A stretch of 64,000 nucleotides of DNA, taken from contig CAVTEG010000009.1 in NCBI GenBank assembly GCA_963733815.1, positions 115,580 through 179,579 of the forward strand. Reading direction: 5' to 3'. Both the position numbers and the translations under genes were made by a program. A model generated the notes under the pieces. That model searched no databases and was not told the origin of the DNA. It saw nothing but the letters and a program-made list of their open reading frames with translations. Positions 17,170-27,092 of this stretch are shown here, one piece after another. Source of the DNA: an uncultured Acidobacteriota bacterium (GTDB lineage Bacteria > Acidobacteriota > Thermoanaerobaculia > UBA5066 > Gp7-AA6). Position 1 is the stretch's first letter, and every line of letters starts with the position of its first letter.

Positions 17170-19104
17170 ATGACCAAGCGGCAGTGGATCGTTCTCGTTC
17201 TCCTGACCTTCGGAATCGCGGCGGCGAGCCCACAGCAACCTTCGAAAGTCACGCCGGATCCCCCTAAGGGATCGCCGCGCGAGGCGGAGCTCGCGAAACG
17301 GGCGGCCGAGATCGTCGAGGCCTTCTCCGACGAAGACGCCGTCTTCACCCGGGACGGAAAACGCGTTGTCTTCGTCTCCAACCGTGACGGCCTGCCCCAG
17401 CTCTACATCGCGGACGCCGACCGGCCGGAGGCGCCGCCGACGCGGATCGTCAAGACGACGGAGCGGATCAACGGCGCGTTCCCGCTTCCGGATGGAAAAA
17501 CCCTGATCTTCACGTCGGACCACGGCGCCGACGAGAACTGGTCGGTGTTCACGTGCGGCCTGGACGGAAGCGGCCTCGCGGAGCGGACTCCCGGAACGAA
17601 GATGCAGCGGGGCGTTCCGCTCGTCCCCGACGGCGCGCCGCAGACCGCGTTCTACGGCGCGCGCGTTCAATCGAGCCCGGCCTCGAGCATCTACGAGCTT
17701 TCGCTGGCCCCGGGCTCGAAGGAACGGAGGATCTACGAGGACAAGCTCCCCGGCGGGCTCGCGGACGTCACGCGCGACGGCAAGCAGGCGCTCTGGGTCC
17801 GCTTCCCGAGCGCAAGCGACATGCACCTCGTGCTGGTCGACCTCGCCAACGGCGCCGGGCGCGTGATCTATCCGCCGGAAGGCGGCCCAAAAGTGTCGAT
17901 CGGGAGCGCGTCCTTCTCGGTCGACGGCAAGCGGATCTTCGTCGCGACCGACGCCGGCGGCGAGCAGGGGCTCGTCCTGGCGTTCGACGCGAGCGGCAAG
18001 GAGCTGGCGCGCTACGCGGAGACGCGGTTCCCGGGAGCCGAAGTCGAGTCTCTCGTCGTCTCGAAGAAGGGCGACCGCGTCGGCTTGAGCCTCGGCGCCG
18101 GCAACCGCAACGACGTGCGGATCCTCGATGCGGCGACCCTCAAACCGACGGTGGAGGTGACGATGCCGCTCGGGACCGGCGGAGTCGGCTACTTTTCAGA
18201 AGACGGGAAGCTCCTGACCGCGGGCTGGTCAACGCCGGACGCCCCCGGTTCGATCTATGCGATCGACGTCGCGACTGGCAAGGCGACGCCGTTGCGCAAG
18301 GAGCCGCGGCCGACGCTGGATCGCCTGCCGCCGGTCGACGCCTCGATCATGGAGGTGCCCGCCTTCGACGGGCTGAAGCTGCCGACCAACGTTTATCTTC
18401 CGAAGGCCGGGGGCGCGCAGAAGCGGCCGGTCATCGTCGTGTACCACGGCGGACCCGCCGGGTCCTCACAGATCCGCTGGTCGCCGACGGTGCGGTTTTT
18501 CACGTCGCTCGGCTATGCCGTCGTCGAGCCGAACGTCCGGGGGTCGGGGGGCTTCGGCCGCGCGTTCGAGATGGCCGACAACGGTCCGAAGCGTCTGGAC
18601 GCGTTCAAGGACATCGAGACGACCGCGCGCTGGGCGGCCTCGCAGCCCTGGGCGGACAAGGATCGTATGGTCGTATACGGCGGCAGCTACGGCGGCTACA
18701 CGGTCCTCATCGCTCTCGAGCGCTGGCCGGGGCTCTGGAAGTCGGGGGTGGATCTCTTCGGCGTCGCGAACATGGCGACGTTTCTCCAGTCGACCAGCGG
18801 CGTCATTCGCGAGATCTTCAAGCTCGAGTTCGGGGACCTCGAGAAGGACGGCGCATTCCTCAAGACGATCTCTCCGATCGAGGAGGTCGACAAGATCCAG
18901 GCGCCTCTCTTCGTCTACGCGGGCGCGAACGACCCGCGGGTCCCGCGGCCGGAGTCGGACCAGATCGTCCAAGCTCTCCGCGCGCGGAAGGTTCCCGTCG
19001 AATACATGGTGGCCGAGAACGAGGGCCATTCGCTCTCGCGCAAGGAGAATCAGATCGCGTTCTTCAGCCGCGCGGGAGTGTTTCTCGAGTCCGAGCTGAA
19101 ATAG
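17170..19104 (+). CDS. S9 family peptidase (prolyl oligopeptidase / acylaminoacyl-peptidase-like) with N-terminal beta-propeller
   Basis: Signal peptide MTKRQWIVLVLLTFGIAAA. Propeller repeats (DGKRVVFVSNRDG, DGKTLIFTSDHG). Catalytic VVYGGSYGGYTVL, GANDPRV, ENEGHSL. Confidence 0.85.
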   Translation: MTKRQWIVLVLLTFGIAAASPQQPSKVTPDPPKGSPREAELAKRAAEIVEAFSDEDAVFTRDGKRVVFVSNRDGLPQLYIADADRPEAPPTRIVKTTERINGAFPLPDGKTLIFTSDHGADENWSVFTCGLDGSGLAERTPGTKMQRGVPLVPDGAPQTAFYGARVQSSPASSIYELSLAPGSKERRIYEDKLPGGLADVTRDGKQALWVRFPSASDMHLVLVDLANGAGRVIYPPEGGPKVSIGSASFSVDGKRIFVATDAGGEQGLVLAFDASGKELARYAETRFPGAEVESLVVSKKGDRVGLSLGAGNRNDVRILDAATLKPTVEVTMPLGTGGVGYFSEDGKLLTAGWSTPDAPGSIYAIDVATGKATPLRKEPRPTLDRLPPVDASIMEVPAFDGLKLPTNVYLPKAGGAQKRPVIVVYHGGPAGSSQIRWSPTVRFFTSLGYAVVEPNVRGSGGFGRAFEMADNGPKRLDAFKDIETTARWAASQPWADKDRMVVYGGSYGGYTVLIALERWPGLWKSGVDLFGVANMATFLQSTSGVIREIFKLEFGDLEKDGAFLKTISPIEEVDKIQAPLFVYAGANDPRVPRPESDQIVQALRARKVPVEYMVAENEGHSLSRKENQIAFFSRAGVFLESELK

Positions 19105-19115
19105 CGGGCCGAGCC

Positions 19116-20994
19116 ATGCGACGAGCCCTCCGGCCCCTCCTCGTTTGCGCAGGCCTGGCGACGGCCGCCCTCGCACCCTCCGCCACGAACAAGCCGGTTC
19201 TCCACGGCAAGCACTGGATGGCGATCACCGGCAAGCCGCTGGCGGCCACCGCCGGCGCGATGATCTTCCAGAAGGGCGGCAACGCCGTGGACGCCGCCTG
19301 CGCGATGCTCGCGGCGCGCTGCACGATGTGGGACACGCTGGCCTGGGGCGGCGAGACGCAGGCGCTGATCTACAACCCGAAGACGCGGCAAGGTCATCGG
19401 CATCAACGCGCTCGGCGTCGCGCCGACCGGCGCGACGCCCGAGTTCTTCCACGGCCGAAGGGCATGCCGTATCCGCCGGAGTACGGCCCGCTGGCCGCGG
19501 TGACGCCGGGCACGCCGGGCGGCCTCATGCTCGATGCTGGCCGAGTACGGCAGGCTCTCGCCTCGAAGAGGTGCTGGCGCCGGCGATCGAGATGGCCGAC
19601 GGCTATCCGATCGAGGCCGCAGCTCGCCGACGGCATCGAGCGCGCAGAAGGCGCACGATCAAGCAGTGGCCGTACTCCGCGGCGCGTCTTCCTGCCCCAC
19701 CCGGGCGAGGCCGCGAGGCGCCGCGAGCCGGCGAGATCTTCCGCCAGCCGGACCTGCGCGGCGACGCTGCGCAAGCTGGTCGAGGCGGAGCAGCAGCGCG
19801 CTCGCGGCCGGCAAGAGCCGCAAGGAGGCGATCCACGCGGCCTACGACCGGTTCTACAAGGGCGACATCGCCGCAGGAGTTCGTGCGCGGCGACGCGGGA
19901 GCAGGGCGGGCTGATCACCGCGGAGGACCTGGCGCGACTGGAAGGTCGAAGATCGAGGAGCCGGTGCAGACGACCTACAAGGGCATCGAGGTCTACAAGC
20001 TCGACGTCTGGACGCAGGGCCCGGCGATGCTGCAGGCGCTGAACATGCTCGAGACCGATCGACCTGCAAGGCGATGGGCTACAACAGCGCGCGCTACATC
20101 CACACGCTCTACCAGGCGATGAACCTGGCCTTCGCCGACCGCGACTTCTACTACGGCGATCCCGACTTTCCGCCCGAGGAGCCGCGGCGCGGGCTGCTCT
20201 CGAAGGAGTACGCGAAGGCGCGCGCGCAGAGATCGACTGGGACGAAGAACGACCCCAACGTGAAGCCGGGCGACCCGTATCCGTTCCAGGGCGGCGACGA
20301 ACCCGTTCGCGGATCTGCTCGAGAAGTGGCACAGCCGCGCCGCAGCGGCCGCGAGCCCGACCGCGATCGCGCGAGGCGACGCTCGACGTTCGACGAGGCG
20401 TTCCGCGCCGGCACGACGTCGATCGAGGCCGCCGACGCGAGGGCTGGGTGGTGTCGGTGACGCCGAGCGGCGGCTGGGTGCCGGCGGTGATCGCCGGGCA
20501 CACCGGCATCGGCCTGAGCCAGCGGATGCAGAGCTTCGTGCTCGATCCGGCGCGAGAACCCGTTCAACGTGGTCGAGCCGGGCAAGCGCCCGCGCGTGAC
20601 GCTCACGCCGACGCCTGGCGCTCAAGGACGGCAAGCCCTACCTCGCCTTCGCGGTGCAGGGCGGCGACACCCAGGACCAGAACCTGCTGCAGTTCTTCCT
20701 GAACGTCGTCGAGTTCGGCATGAACGTGCAGGAGGCGGCCGAGGCGCGCCAACATCAACAGCTACCAGATGCGCAGCTCCTTCGGCGACCACGAGTCGCG
20801 GCCCGGGCGCATGACGATGCAGCGACGTCGCGCCGCCGTGGGTGCGCGCCGAGCTGCAGAAGATGGGCTACACAGCTCGAGTTCGAGCCGAGCGACCTCG
20901 GGGCCGATCAACGCCATCTTCTTCGACCGCGAGCACGGCACGATGTGGGGCGGCTCGAGCAACCACGGCGAGGACTACGGCGATCGGCTGGTGA
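19116..20994 (+). pseudogene. ggt: gamma-glutamyltransferase family protein, at least 8 frame changes
   Basis: MRRALRPLLVCAGLATAALA...GKHWMAITGKPLAATAGAMIFQKGGNAVDAACAM. Conserved pieces (GPLAAVTPGTPGGL, YDRFYKGDIA, YKGIEVYKLDVWTQGPAMLQALNMLE, MGYNSARYIHTLYQAMNLAFADRDFYYGDPDF, GTTSIEAAD, SGGWVPAVIAGHTGIGLSQRMQSF, AVQGGDTQDQNLLQFFLNVVEFGMNVQEA, INAIFFDREHGTMWGGSSNHGEDYG) are spread over all three frames. Confidence 0.8.
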
Positions 20995-21891
20995 GCCGGG
21001 TCCCGATTTCGCCGGTTTCGCTGGTTTCGCAGGGCACGGGGGCGGCCAGTCCTCCTCGCCGCCTTGCCGTAGAACGAAAAACTCGCCGGAATCGGGACCC
21101 TTGGTGTCGCGCGAGAACAGCAGGGACTTTCCGCTCGGGGAGAAGATCGCGCCGATCTCGGACCCGTTGACGTTGACGTCGGGCGGGAGCTTCGTGCGCG
21201 TTTGCCACTGGCCCTCCGCGCTCATCTTCGACTCGTAGAGGCCGCCGTCGGCCATGATGATCATGCGTCCTCCGTCGGGCGAGATGAGCGCCTCGTACTC
21301 GTCGCCGGGAGTGTTGATCGCGGGCCCGAGGTTCTCGAGCGCCCACTGTCCGTGACCGTCGGAGCGCGCCCGCCAGATGTCGGTCTTGCCGAGCCCTCCG
21401 GGACGATTCGAGCCGAAGTAGAGCCAGCCCTCCGGGCCGAAGCGCGGGAACCATTCCTGGCCGAAGGAGTTCACGGGCCCGGGCAGGCGCACCGGCGCCC
21501 CCCACGCGCCCGACGGTGTCCGGTCCACGCGGTAGATGTCGAGGTCCTTCTTGTTCTTGATGCCTTCGACCGGACGGCTGGAGATGAAGTAGAGGCTCTT
21601 TCCATCGCCGGTGAAGTACGGATCGGCCTCGACGCCGCCGCCGGCGAAGCTCGGCTCTTCGGGCTTCGACCATCCCGTGGCGCCGCAGTGGCTGACGAGA
21701 ATCCGCCAGCCTTCGAACTTGGGCGAGCTCCTCACGAAATAGAGATCGCCGGTCACCGGGTCGAACGCCGCGTGGGATTCGAATTGCGGGCTCGAGATTC
21801 CCTCCGGCTTCCAGGGCTTCACGTCGGAGGCGAGCGCCGTCGAAGCGACGAGCAGGACGACGGCGGAGCGTGCGACTGTCATGGAGGGCAT
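20908..21891 (-). CDS. TolB-like / PD40 beta-propeller repeat protein, secreted
   Basis: Signal peptide MTVARSAVVLLVASTALA. Repeats FDPVTGDLYFVRS, FTGDGKSLYFISSR, WLYFGSNRPGG, ISPDGGRMIIMADGG, FSPSGKSLLFSRD. The C-terminal 30 codons overlap the ggt 3' end, so the stop is uncertain. Confidence 0.65.
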   Translation of the reverse strand: MPSMTVARSAVVLLVASTALASDVKPWKPEGISSPQFESHAAFDPVTGDLYFVRSSPKFEGWRILVSHCGATGWSKPEEPSFAGGGVEADPYFTGDGKSLYFISSRPVEGIKNKKDLDIYRVDRTPSGAWGAPVRLPGPVNSFGQEWFPRFGPEGWLYFGSNRPGGLGKTDIWRARSDGHGQWALENLGPAINTPGDEYEALISPDGGRMIIMADGGLYESKMSAEGQWQTRTKLPPDVNVNGSEIGAIFSPSGKSLLFSRDTKGPDSGEFFVLRQGGEEDWPPPCPAKPAKPAKSGPGSPADRRSPRRGCSSRPTSCRARGRRRWR

Positions 21892-21932
21892 TCTAGACGC
21901 GAGCGCCGCGGTCGCCGCTTTCGGACGCGGAC

Positions 21933-22625
21933 CTACGTGTTCGAGAAGATGGTTTCCTCGGGCGGGAACGGGGCGTGGAAGCCGGGCTCATTCTCCCGCG
22001 CCAGGGCCAGCAGCTCCCGAACCTCACCTTCGGTGGTCGGCGCGTAGTACTCGTAACAGAGCTCGACGGACTCCAGAGGAGACGGCGTCCAGAGGCAGAC
22101 GACGGTGTCGGCGAGATTGCGAATCTTCTCGATCGCCCGGGCCGACGCCACCGGCACCGCGACGAGAACTTTCGCCGGTTCCCTCGCTCGCAGCGCCAGG
22201 ATCGCGCTGCGCATGGTCGCGCCGGTGAGCATTCCGTCGTTGACCAGCAGGGCCGTCCGATCCCGAACGGAAACCGGCGCAACGCCGCCCAGGTAGTCGC
22301 GCTCGCGCCGGGTCAGGTCGGTCCCTCGCAAACGGGCGGCAAGCGAGGCTTCCGCCGGCGAGAGGCCCTCGCGCCGCAGAGTTTCCAGATCCAGGACTCG
22401 GGTGCCGCCCGAGGACACGAAGCCGACCGTCAGGTCCCGACGATGCGGAACGCGGACCGGCCGCACCAGGAACGGATTCAGCGGAGCGCCGAGAGCGCGG
22501 GCGATCTCGTAGGCCACCGGCACGCCGCCCAGCGGCAAACCGAGCACGACCGGGTCCGAAGCCCGAAGCTGCGGCGCGAGGCGGTCGGCGAGCTGTTTGC
22601 CGGCCTCGCGACGATTCAGGAACAT
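21933..22625 (-). CDS. phosphoribosyltransferase family protein
   Basis: MFLNRREAGKQLADRL...VVLGLPLGGVPVAYEIARALGAPL...ALLVNDGMLTGATMRSAILALR (PRPP-binding loop). Start is at 22625 or 22634. Confidence 0.7.
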   Translation of the reverse strand: MFLNRREAGKQLADRLAPQLRASDPVVLGLPLGGVPVAYEIARALGAPLNPFLVRPVRVPHRRDLTVGFVSSGGTRVLDLETLRREGLSPAEASLAARLRGTDLTRRERDYLGGVAPVSVRDRTALLVNDGMLTGATMRSAILALRAREPAKVLVAVPVASARAIEKIRNLADTVVCLWTPSPLESVELCYEYYAPTTEGEVRELLALARENEPGFHAPFPPEETIFSNT

Positions 22626-22655
22626 CGAGGCCATTTCACGCAAGAAACCTACCAC

Positions 22656-22760
22656 TCAGCGGATGCGGAGCACGATCTTTCCGAGGATGCGACCCTTCTT
22701 GATGCGCTCGTGCGCCCGGGCCGCGTCGGCGAGCCGGTAGGCTGCGAGACCGAGGACCTT
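22656..22760 (-). pseudogene. remnant: C-terminal about 34 codons of an MDR/quinone-oxidoreductase-type dehydrogenase
   Basis: KVLGLAAYRLADAARAHERIKKGRILGKIVLRIR-stop. No upstream domain is present because the neighbouring gene ends at 22787. Confidence 0.45.
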
Positions 22761-22786
22761 ACTTTGTCTCCCATGGTCACCATCCT

Positions 22787-24427
22787 TCACATGTCCTTGA
22801 GGTACTCGTGCACGAACCGCACCGCCATGGCCCCCTCGCCGACGGCTGACGCCACGCGCTTGACGGAGCCGGAGCGCACGTCACCGGCGGCGAACACCCC
22901 CGGGCCGCTGGTTTCCAGCAGGAACGGCGATCTCTTCGCCTTCCAGAGCGGGGACTGCGCCAGCTCCCGCCCGGTGCGCACGAAGTTGTCCTCGTGCTTC
23001 TCGATCTCGGGCGGGAGCCATTCGGTGCCCGGCGTCGCCCCGATGAAGCTGAGGAGCGCCGAGGTATGGCTCGTCCGCGTTTCGCCGCTCTTCCGGTTCA
23101 CGACCTCGACGGCGCCCACCCGAGAGTTGCCCACGATGCGCCGGACCTCCGTGTTCAGAAGAACTTCGATGTTGGGGGTCTGCTCGATCCGCTGGGCGAG
23201 GTAGGCCGACATGTCGCGGTCGAGAGTGTCCCCTCGAACGACGAGATAGACCTTGCGCGTGGTCGTGGCCAGGAAGACGGCGGCCTGCCCGGCGGAGTTG
23301 CCGCCTCCGACCACCACGACGTCCGAGCCCACGCACATCTGCGCCTCGTTGAAGGTCGCGGCGTAGTAGACGCCGGAGCCCTCGAACTGCTCGCAACCCT
23401 CGACGTCGGGATAGCGGGACTGGCCACCCGTCGCGATCGAGACACCGGGCCAAATGGTCTCGCCGCCCTCGAGAGCGACCACCGAATACGCGTCGTCGAA
23501 CGAGAGTCCGGCGACAAGCGTCGGATGGACAGAAGCTCCGAAGGTTCGCCTGGTGCACGGCCCGGTCCGCCATCTCCGCGCCGTGGTGCCGGTGGAAAGC
23601 CGAGGTCATTCTCGATGCGCATGCTGGCGGAGGCCTGGCCTGAGGGCGCCTGGCGCTCCTTCACACCGTCGAGAGTCACTGGACGCTCCATAACCGCGGC
23701 CCCACCCCGCCGGACCGGCGCCCGCGACCGCAAGGTCTAGACGGTGGCTCGACGGCCCTTGATGCCCAGCGCCTCGGCCAGATCGGCGTTCCGAGGGATT
23801 GCGCAACAGAAGCTTGTTGCCCCAGGCCACAACGGGCGTGTCCTTGTCCGTGAGGCCAAAACGCTCGAGCAAAACGGCGACGTCCGGGTCGGTCTCGATG
23901 TCCAGGAACCGGAAGAGAATGCGGTTCCGCGACAAGAAATCCCCGAATGCGAAATGTGTCCTTCGAGTAACGGGACCCGATCACGCGGGCACCCACGAAC
24001 TGGCCCGCCTCGCGGAGCAGCTGCCGGCGGGCGATGAACGCGTGCAGGATGATGTCCCCCAGATCCGGGCACGCATTCAGGAACTGCCTCACGCCATCCG
24101 ACGAGATCGCGTAGACCTCGCAGGCGGTCCTCGCGACGGCGCTCGCCAGCGCGGCACGGCCGGTCAGAATGCCCACCTCGCCTGTGAACTGGCCCGGACG
24201 GTGGATCGTGATGGTCTTGGGCGCGTCGCCGGTCTCATCCAGGATCTCGACCTCCCCGAGATGACGACGTAGAACTTGTAGTTCTTTTCTCCGGTCTGGA
24301 AGAGCTTCTGCTCGGCTGCGTACCTCTCGCGCGCCGCGGACGTGCAGCGCCCGAGCTTGGCGAGGTCGGCCTCGTCGAACGTCGGAAAGGCGACGGACTT
24401 GAGGTCCTGGTCAGTCAGGTTGCGCTC
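22787..24427 (-). pseudogene. cyclic nucleotide-binding domain fused to thioredoxin-disulfide-reductase-like FAD oxidoreductase, at least 5 frame changes
   Basis: C-terminal part is intact (ORF 22787..23482: VVVVGGGNSAGQAAVFLA...GVFAAGDVRSGSVKRVASAVGEGAMAV). Upstream pieces LAVVGAGPAG, GQASASMRIENxLGFP, RILFRFLDIETDPDVAVLLERFGL and the cNMP domain FTGEVGILTGRAALASAVARTACEVYAIS lie in other frames. No clean start codon near 24427. Confidence 0.7.
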
Positions 24428-24521
24428 CTCCCCTTACCGTCGGCGATGGGTGGGTGAGCCCCGGCGGCCCGCCGCCCGCCGTTCGAGACCGGTCGCGCGA
24501 GCCCGCCAACCCGCGAACGAT

Positions 24522-24932
24522 TCATGCGAAGAACCGGATGTCATCGATGTAGCAGAACGACCAGACGCCCTGGGGGCCGAACGCATCCACGATCGGATGG
24601 TCGGTCATCCGGAAATGACGGTCGGCGTGCCGCTGCTTCGAGTTCTCGCAGCAGCCGATGTGCCCGCACGACCGGCACAGGCGAAGTCCCCGCCAGGTGA
24701 ATCTCTGGACCATGCACTCCCCGCAGACGTACATCTCCGGCTCGACGTGGGGGATCTGCATCACGGGCATGTGGGGACACCTGAGCTCGGCTTCTTGGCG
24801 GGAAATCGGCCACCGGACGAGCTCCACGTTTGGGTGCTCACGAGGCGCGGCGAGCAACCAGGTTTCGTGTCCCTCCGGATCTCCCGCCCGGGCACCGGGC
24901 CGGCGGCTGGCCATTGTCTGCCTTGTGATCAT
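24522..24932 (-). CDS. UBP-type zinc-finger domain protein
   Basis: RBS GGGAGGA. Cys/His ligand pattern: YVCGECMVQRFTWRGLRLCRSCGHIGCCENSKQRHADRHFRMTDHPI. Confidence 0.65.
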   Translation of the reverse strand: MITRQTMASRRPGARAGDPEGHETWLLAAPREHPNVELVRWPISRQEAELRCPHMPVMQIPHVEPEMYVCGECMVQRFTWRGLRLCRSCGHIGCCENSKQRHADRHFRMTDHPIVDAFGPQGVWSFCYIDDIRFFA

Positions 24933-25055
24933 GAGGTCCTCCCTTTTCTGGCCTGCGGTAGGTCCGCGCCAATAGCGGCATTGCGACTCTTCGACATGCG
25001 TCCTTCGGCGTAGGCTTCTCCAGGCAGCCCGCGCATCGGGCGGAAGGAGCGGGGA

Positions 25056-25560
25056 ATGACGAACAAAGAGACGTTGCCGCCAGTCGGCGTTCGTTCGCCG
25101 AACGCTGGCGCCAGAATGACCGTCTACAACGCTTCGAGTCCCTTGTGGGCGCGATGCTCACGGTCATCGTGACCTGCGTCGTGATCGTGGCTGTCTATCG
25201 GCGGCCGTGCGGGTCATGGGCGGCCTGGTTCTCGGCATCATCGATCCGCTGAAGCCGGAGGTCGTGCAGACCGTCTTCGGAGAGATCATGACCGTGTTGA
25301 TCGCGCTCGAGCTTCAACCACACCCTCCGCTATTCGGTGGCACGGGACCAGAGCGTGATCCAAACCAAGACGGTGCTGCTCATCGCGATCCTGGCTCTGG
25401 CGCGTCGGTTCATCCTTCTCGACCTCTCTGCGACGGACGGCGTCGAGTTGTTCGGGTTAGGCGGCCCTGACGGTGGCGCTCGGAGGGACCTACTGGCTGA
25501 TGCGGGAGCGGGATGATCAGCCGGAGTGCCGGCGAAGTGAGTCAGAGCGACGATTCGAAG
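25056..25560 (+). pseudogene. PsiE-like (phosphate-starvation-inducible) membrane protein, frame broken; 3' end uncertain
   Basis: ATG 25056 after GGAAGGAG. Pieces RLQRFESLVGAMLTVIVTCVVIVAVY, VMGGLVLGIIDPLKPEVVQTVFGEIMTVLIALE, NHTLRYSVARDQSVIQTKTVLLIAILALARRFILLD and TVALGGTYWLMRER lie in successive frames. Confidence 0.5.
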
Positions 25561-25648
25561 ACAGTTCTCCACAAGTTCCGAACGGGGCGGAAGTCCGAAC
25601 CGCTCGGGTCGTCAAAGAGTTATGCAAAAGACCTGCCGGGCTGGCGGA

Positions 25649-26719
25649 TCATGGCGCCGGCTCGCGGTCTTCGAAAAACACCAGCACGGTTTCCAGAAAC
25701 ATTCGCCGCCCGCGCTCCGGCCGGTCCAGATGGACGTGGTGCGTGGCGTTTGGGATGACAACGACGCGAACGCCTTTCGCGTGGACGAGGTCCTTCGCCA
25801 GGCGTTCCCGATCCTCGGGCCGCGACCAGAAGTCGCGCTCCGAGGCCGTGATCAGGACGTCGGCGCGGATGCGCGACGCATCCCAGAGCGGCCGGCCGAT
25901 CGCGAGCGCGAAGGAATCTTCCATGGCCCCGGACGGGGCGCGAAACGCCGGCGGGTTGTGCGTTCGGCCGGCGGGATCGCTGTCGAGCGCGGCCTCGACA
26001 TAGGCGTCGGCGACTACGGGATCTCGCCAGAGCGACTTGTCCTCAACCGGAATGCTGCGATCCCAGGCGCCGAGCGTCGACGCGGCGGTCGTCCAACGGT
26101 ACGCGCCGAAGGCCTTCGCGTTGAACCGACCGGGATGCTCGGGGTCCTCGAGGTCGGTTCCGTGGCCGAGGAGAGGATGCACCCCGCTTCCGGCGTAGAG
26201 AGTGTTGTGCATGACGAGGTGCCCGACCCGCCCCGGAAAAAGTGCGGCGTAGTTTCCGAGCCAGTGCCCTCCCGTCGCCCAGCCCAGGAGATCGACGCGC
26301 GCAGCGCCGGTGCGTTTCCGGATCCATTCCACGACGGCCGCGACGTCGCGCACGACCTCGCCGGAATGGACGAGGGGCGGGTGGGCCTCGGGCGGCTCCG
26401 ACATCTCGGGCGGCCGGGTCGAGCGTCCGTAGCCCCGCGCGTCCATGACGAACGTGACGTGCCCGGAGGCGGCGAGATCTTCCGCAATCGAGCCTCCGGG
26501 CACTTCCAGGTCGAAGGACGCGACGCCGGGAACCCGCGCTCCGTGCAGGAGCAGCAGCGGCGCGCCCTTCGATGCCGGAGCGGAGCGGCGAACTTCCCGC
26601 ACGTAGAGACGGATGCCGGGGTCGCCGGCGACCATGTGATCGGTCCGGACGATCTGAAGCGAGGGCGCTGGACTCGCGAACGCGAGCGCGGAAATCAGAA
26701 CGAGGCCGAGCGGATCCAT
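25649..26719 (-). CDS. alpha/beta hydrolase fold protein, secreted; nucleophile elbow reads GWATGG
   Basis: Signal peptide MDPLGLVLISALAFA. LLLLHGARVPG, VDLLGWATGGHW, VIPNATHHVHLD. Confidence 0.7.
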   Translation of the reverse strand: MDPLGLVLISALAFASPAPSLQIVRTDHMVAGDPGIRLYVREVRRSAPASKGAPLLLLHGARVPGVASFDLEVPGGSIAEDLAASGHVTFVMDARGYGRSTRPPEMSEPPEAHPPLVHSGEVVRDVAAVVEWIRKRTGAARVDLLGWATGGHWLGNYAALFPGRVGHLVMHNTLYAGSGVHPLLGHGTDLEDPEHPGRFNAKAFGAYRWTTAASTLGAWDRSIPVEDKSLWRDPVVADAYVEAALDSDPAGRTHNPPAFRAPSGAMEDSFALAIGRPLWDASRIRADVLITASERDFWSRPEDRERLAKDLVHAKGVRVVVIPNATHHVHLDRPERGRRMFLETVLVFFEDREPAP

Positions 26720-27092
26720 GCTCGCAAATCTACTCCGGTGCCTTCACGCGAGGCGGCCACCACGATCACCCGCGCGAAATGGATTCTCTTCATGCCGCCC
26801 TTCTATCAGGAAGCGCGGCGTTGTGTCCCGCGCGGGATGTTGAAGATTTTCTTATCCGCCTCCGAGGACTGGCACTGATTTTCGGTGGCGCGGTGCGGGC
26901 TCCGCGCGGCGCAGGACTTCGGAGACCGCGAGGGAATCGCGGATGCCGAAAAGCAGGTCTCGGATCTCGAGCGGCGATCCGCCTCCTGATTTCGTCCGCG
27001 CGTCCGGCCCGTTCGTCCCCCGCGCGCCCGCTTTCCTGAAACCTTCGCAACCGCGATCCGTTGGAGCCTCAGGTTTCCGGAAGGGAGGCGGC

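Noticed and set aside
16408-17826. N-terminal 247 codons of the 472-aa ORF
   Set aside because: This part is antisense to the 5' end of the S9 peptidase gene and is Arg-rich. The membrane-protein signal starts only at the ATG at 17085.
25473-26003. 176-aa + strand ORF continuing from the PsiE-like gene
   Set aside because: Beyond about 25560 it is antisense to the alpha/beta hydrolase gene and shows no membrane-protein character. It is open only because the true PsiE stop is lost through frame breaks.
26720-27092. Possible small genes in the 370-bp divergent intergenic region (ORFs 26572..27039, 26790..27050, 26852..27193)
   Set aside because: They have low GC3, no RBS and no family signature, and they overlap each other in different frames. 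I treat the region as a promoter region.
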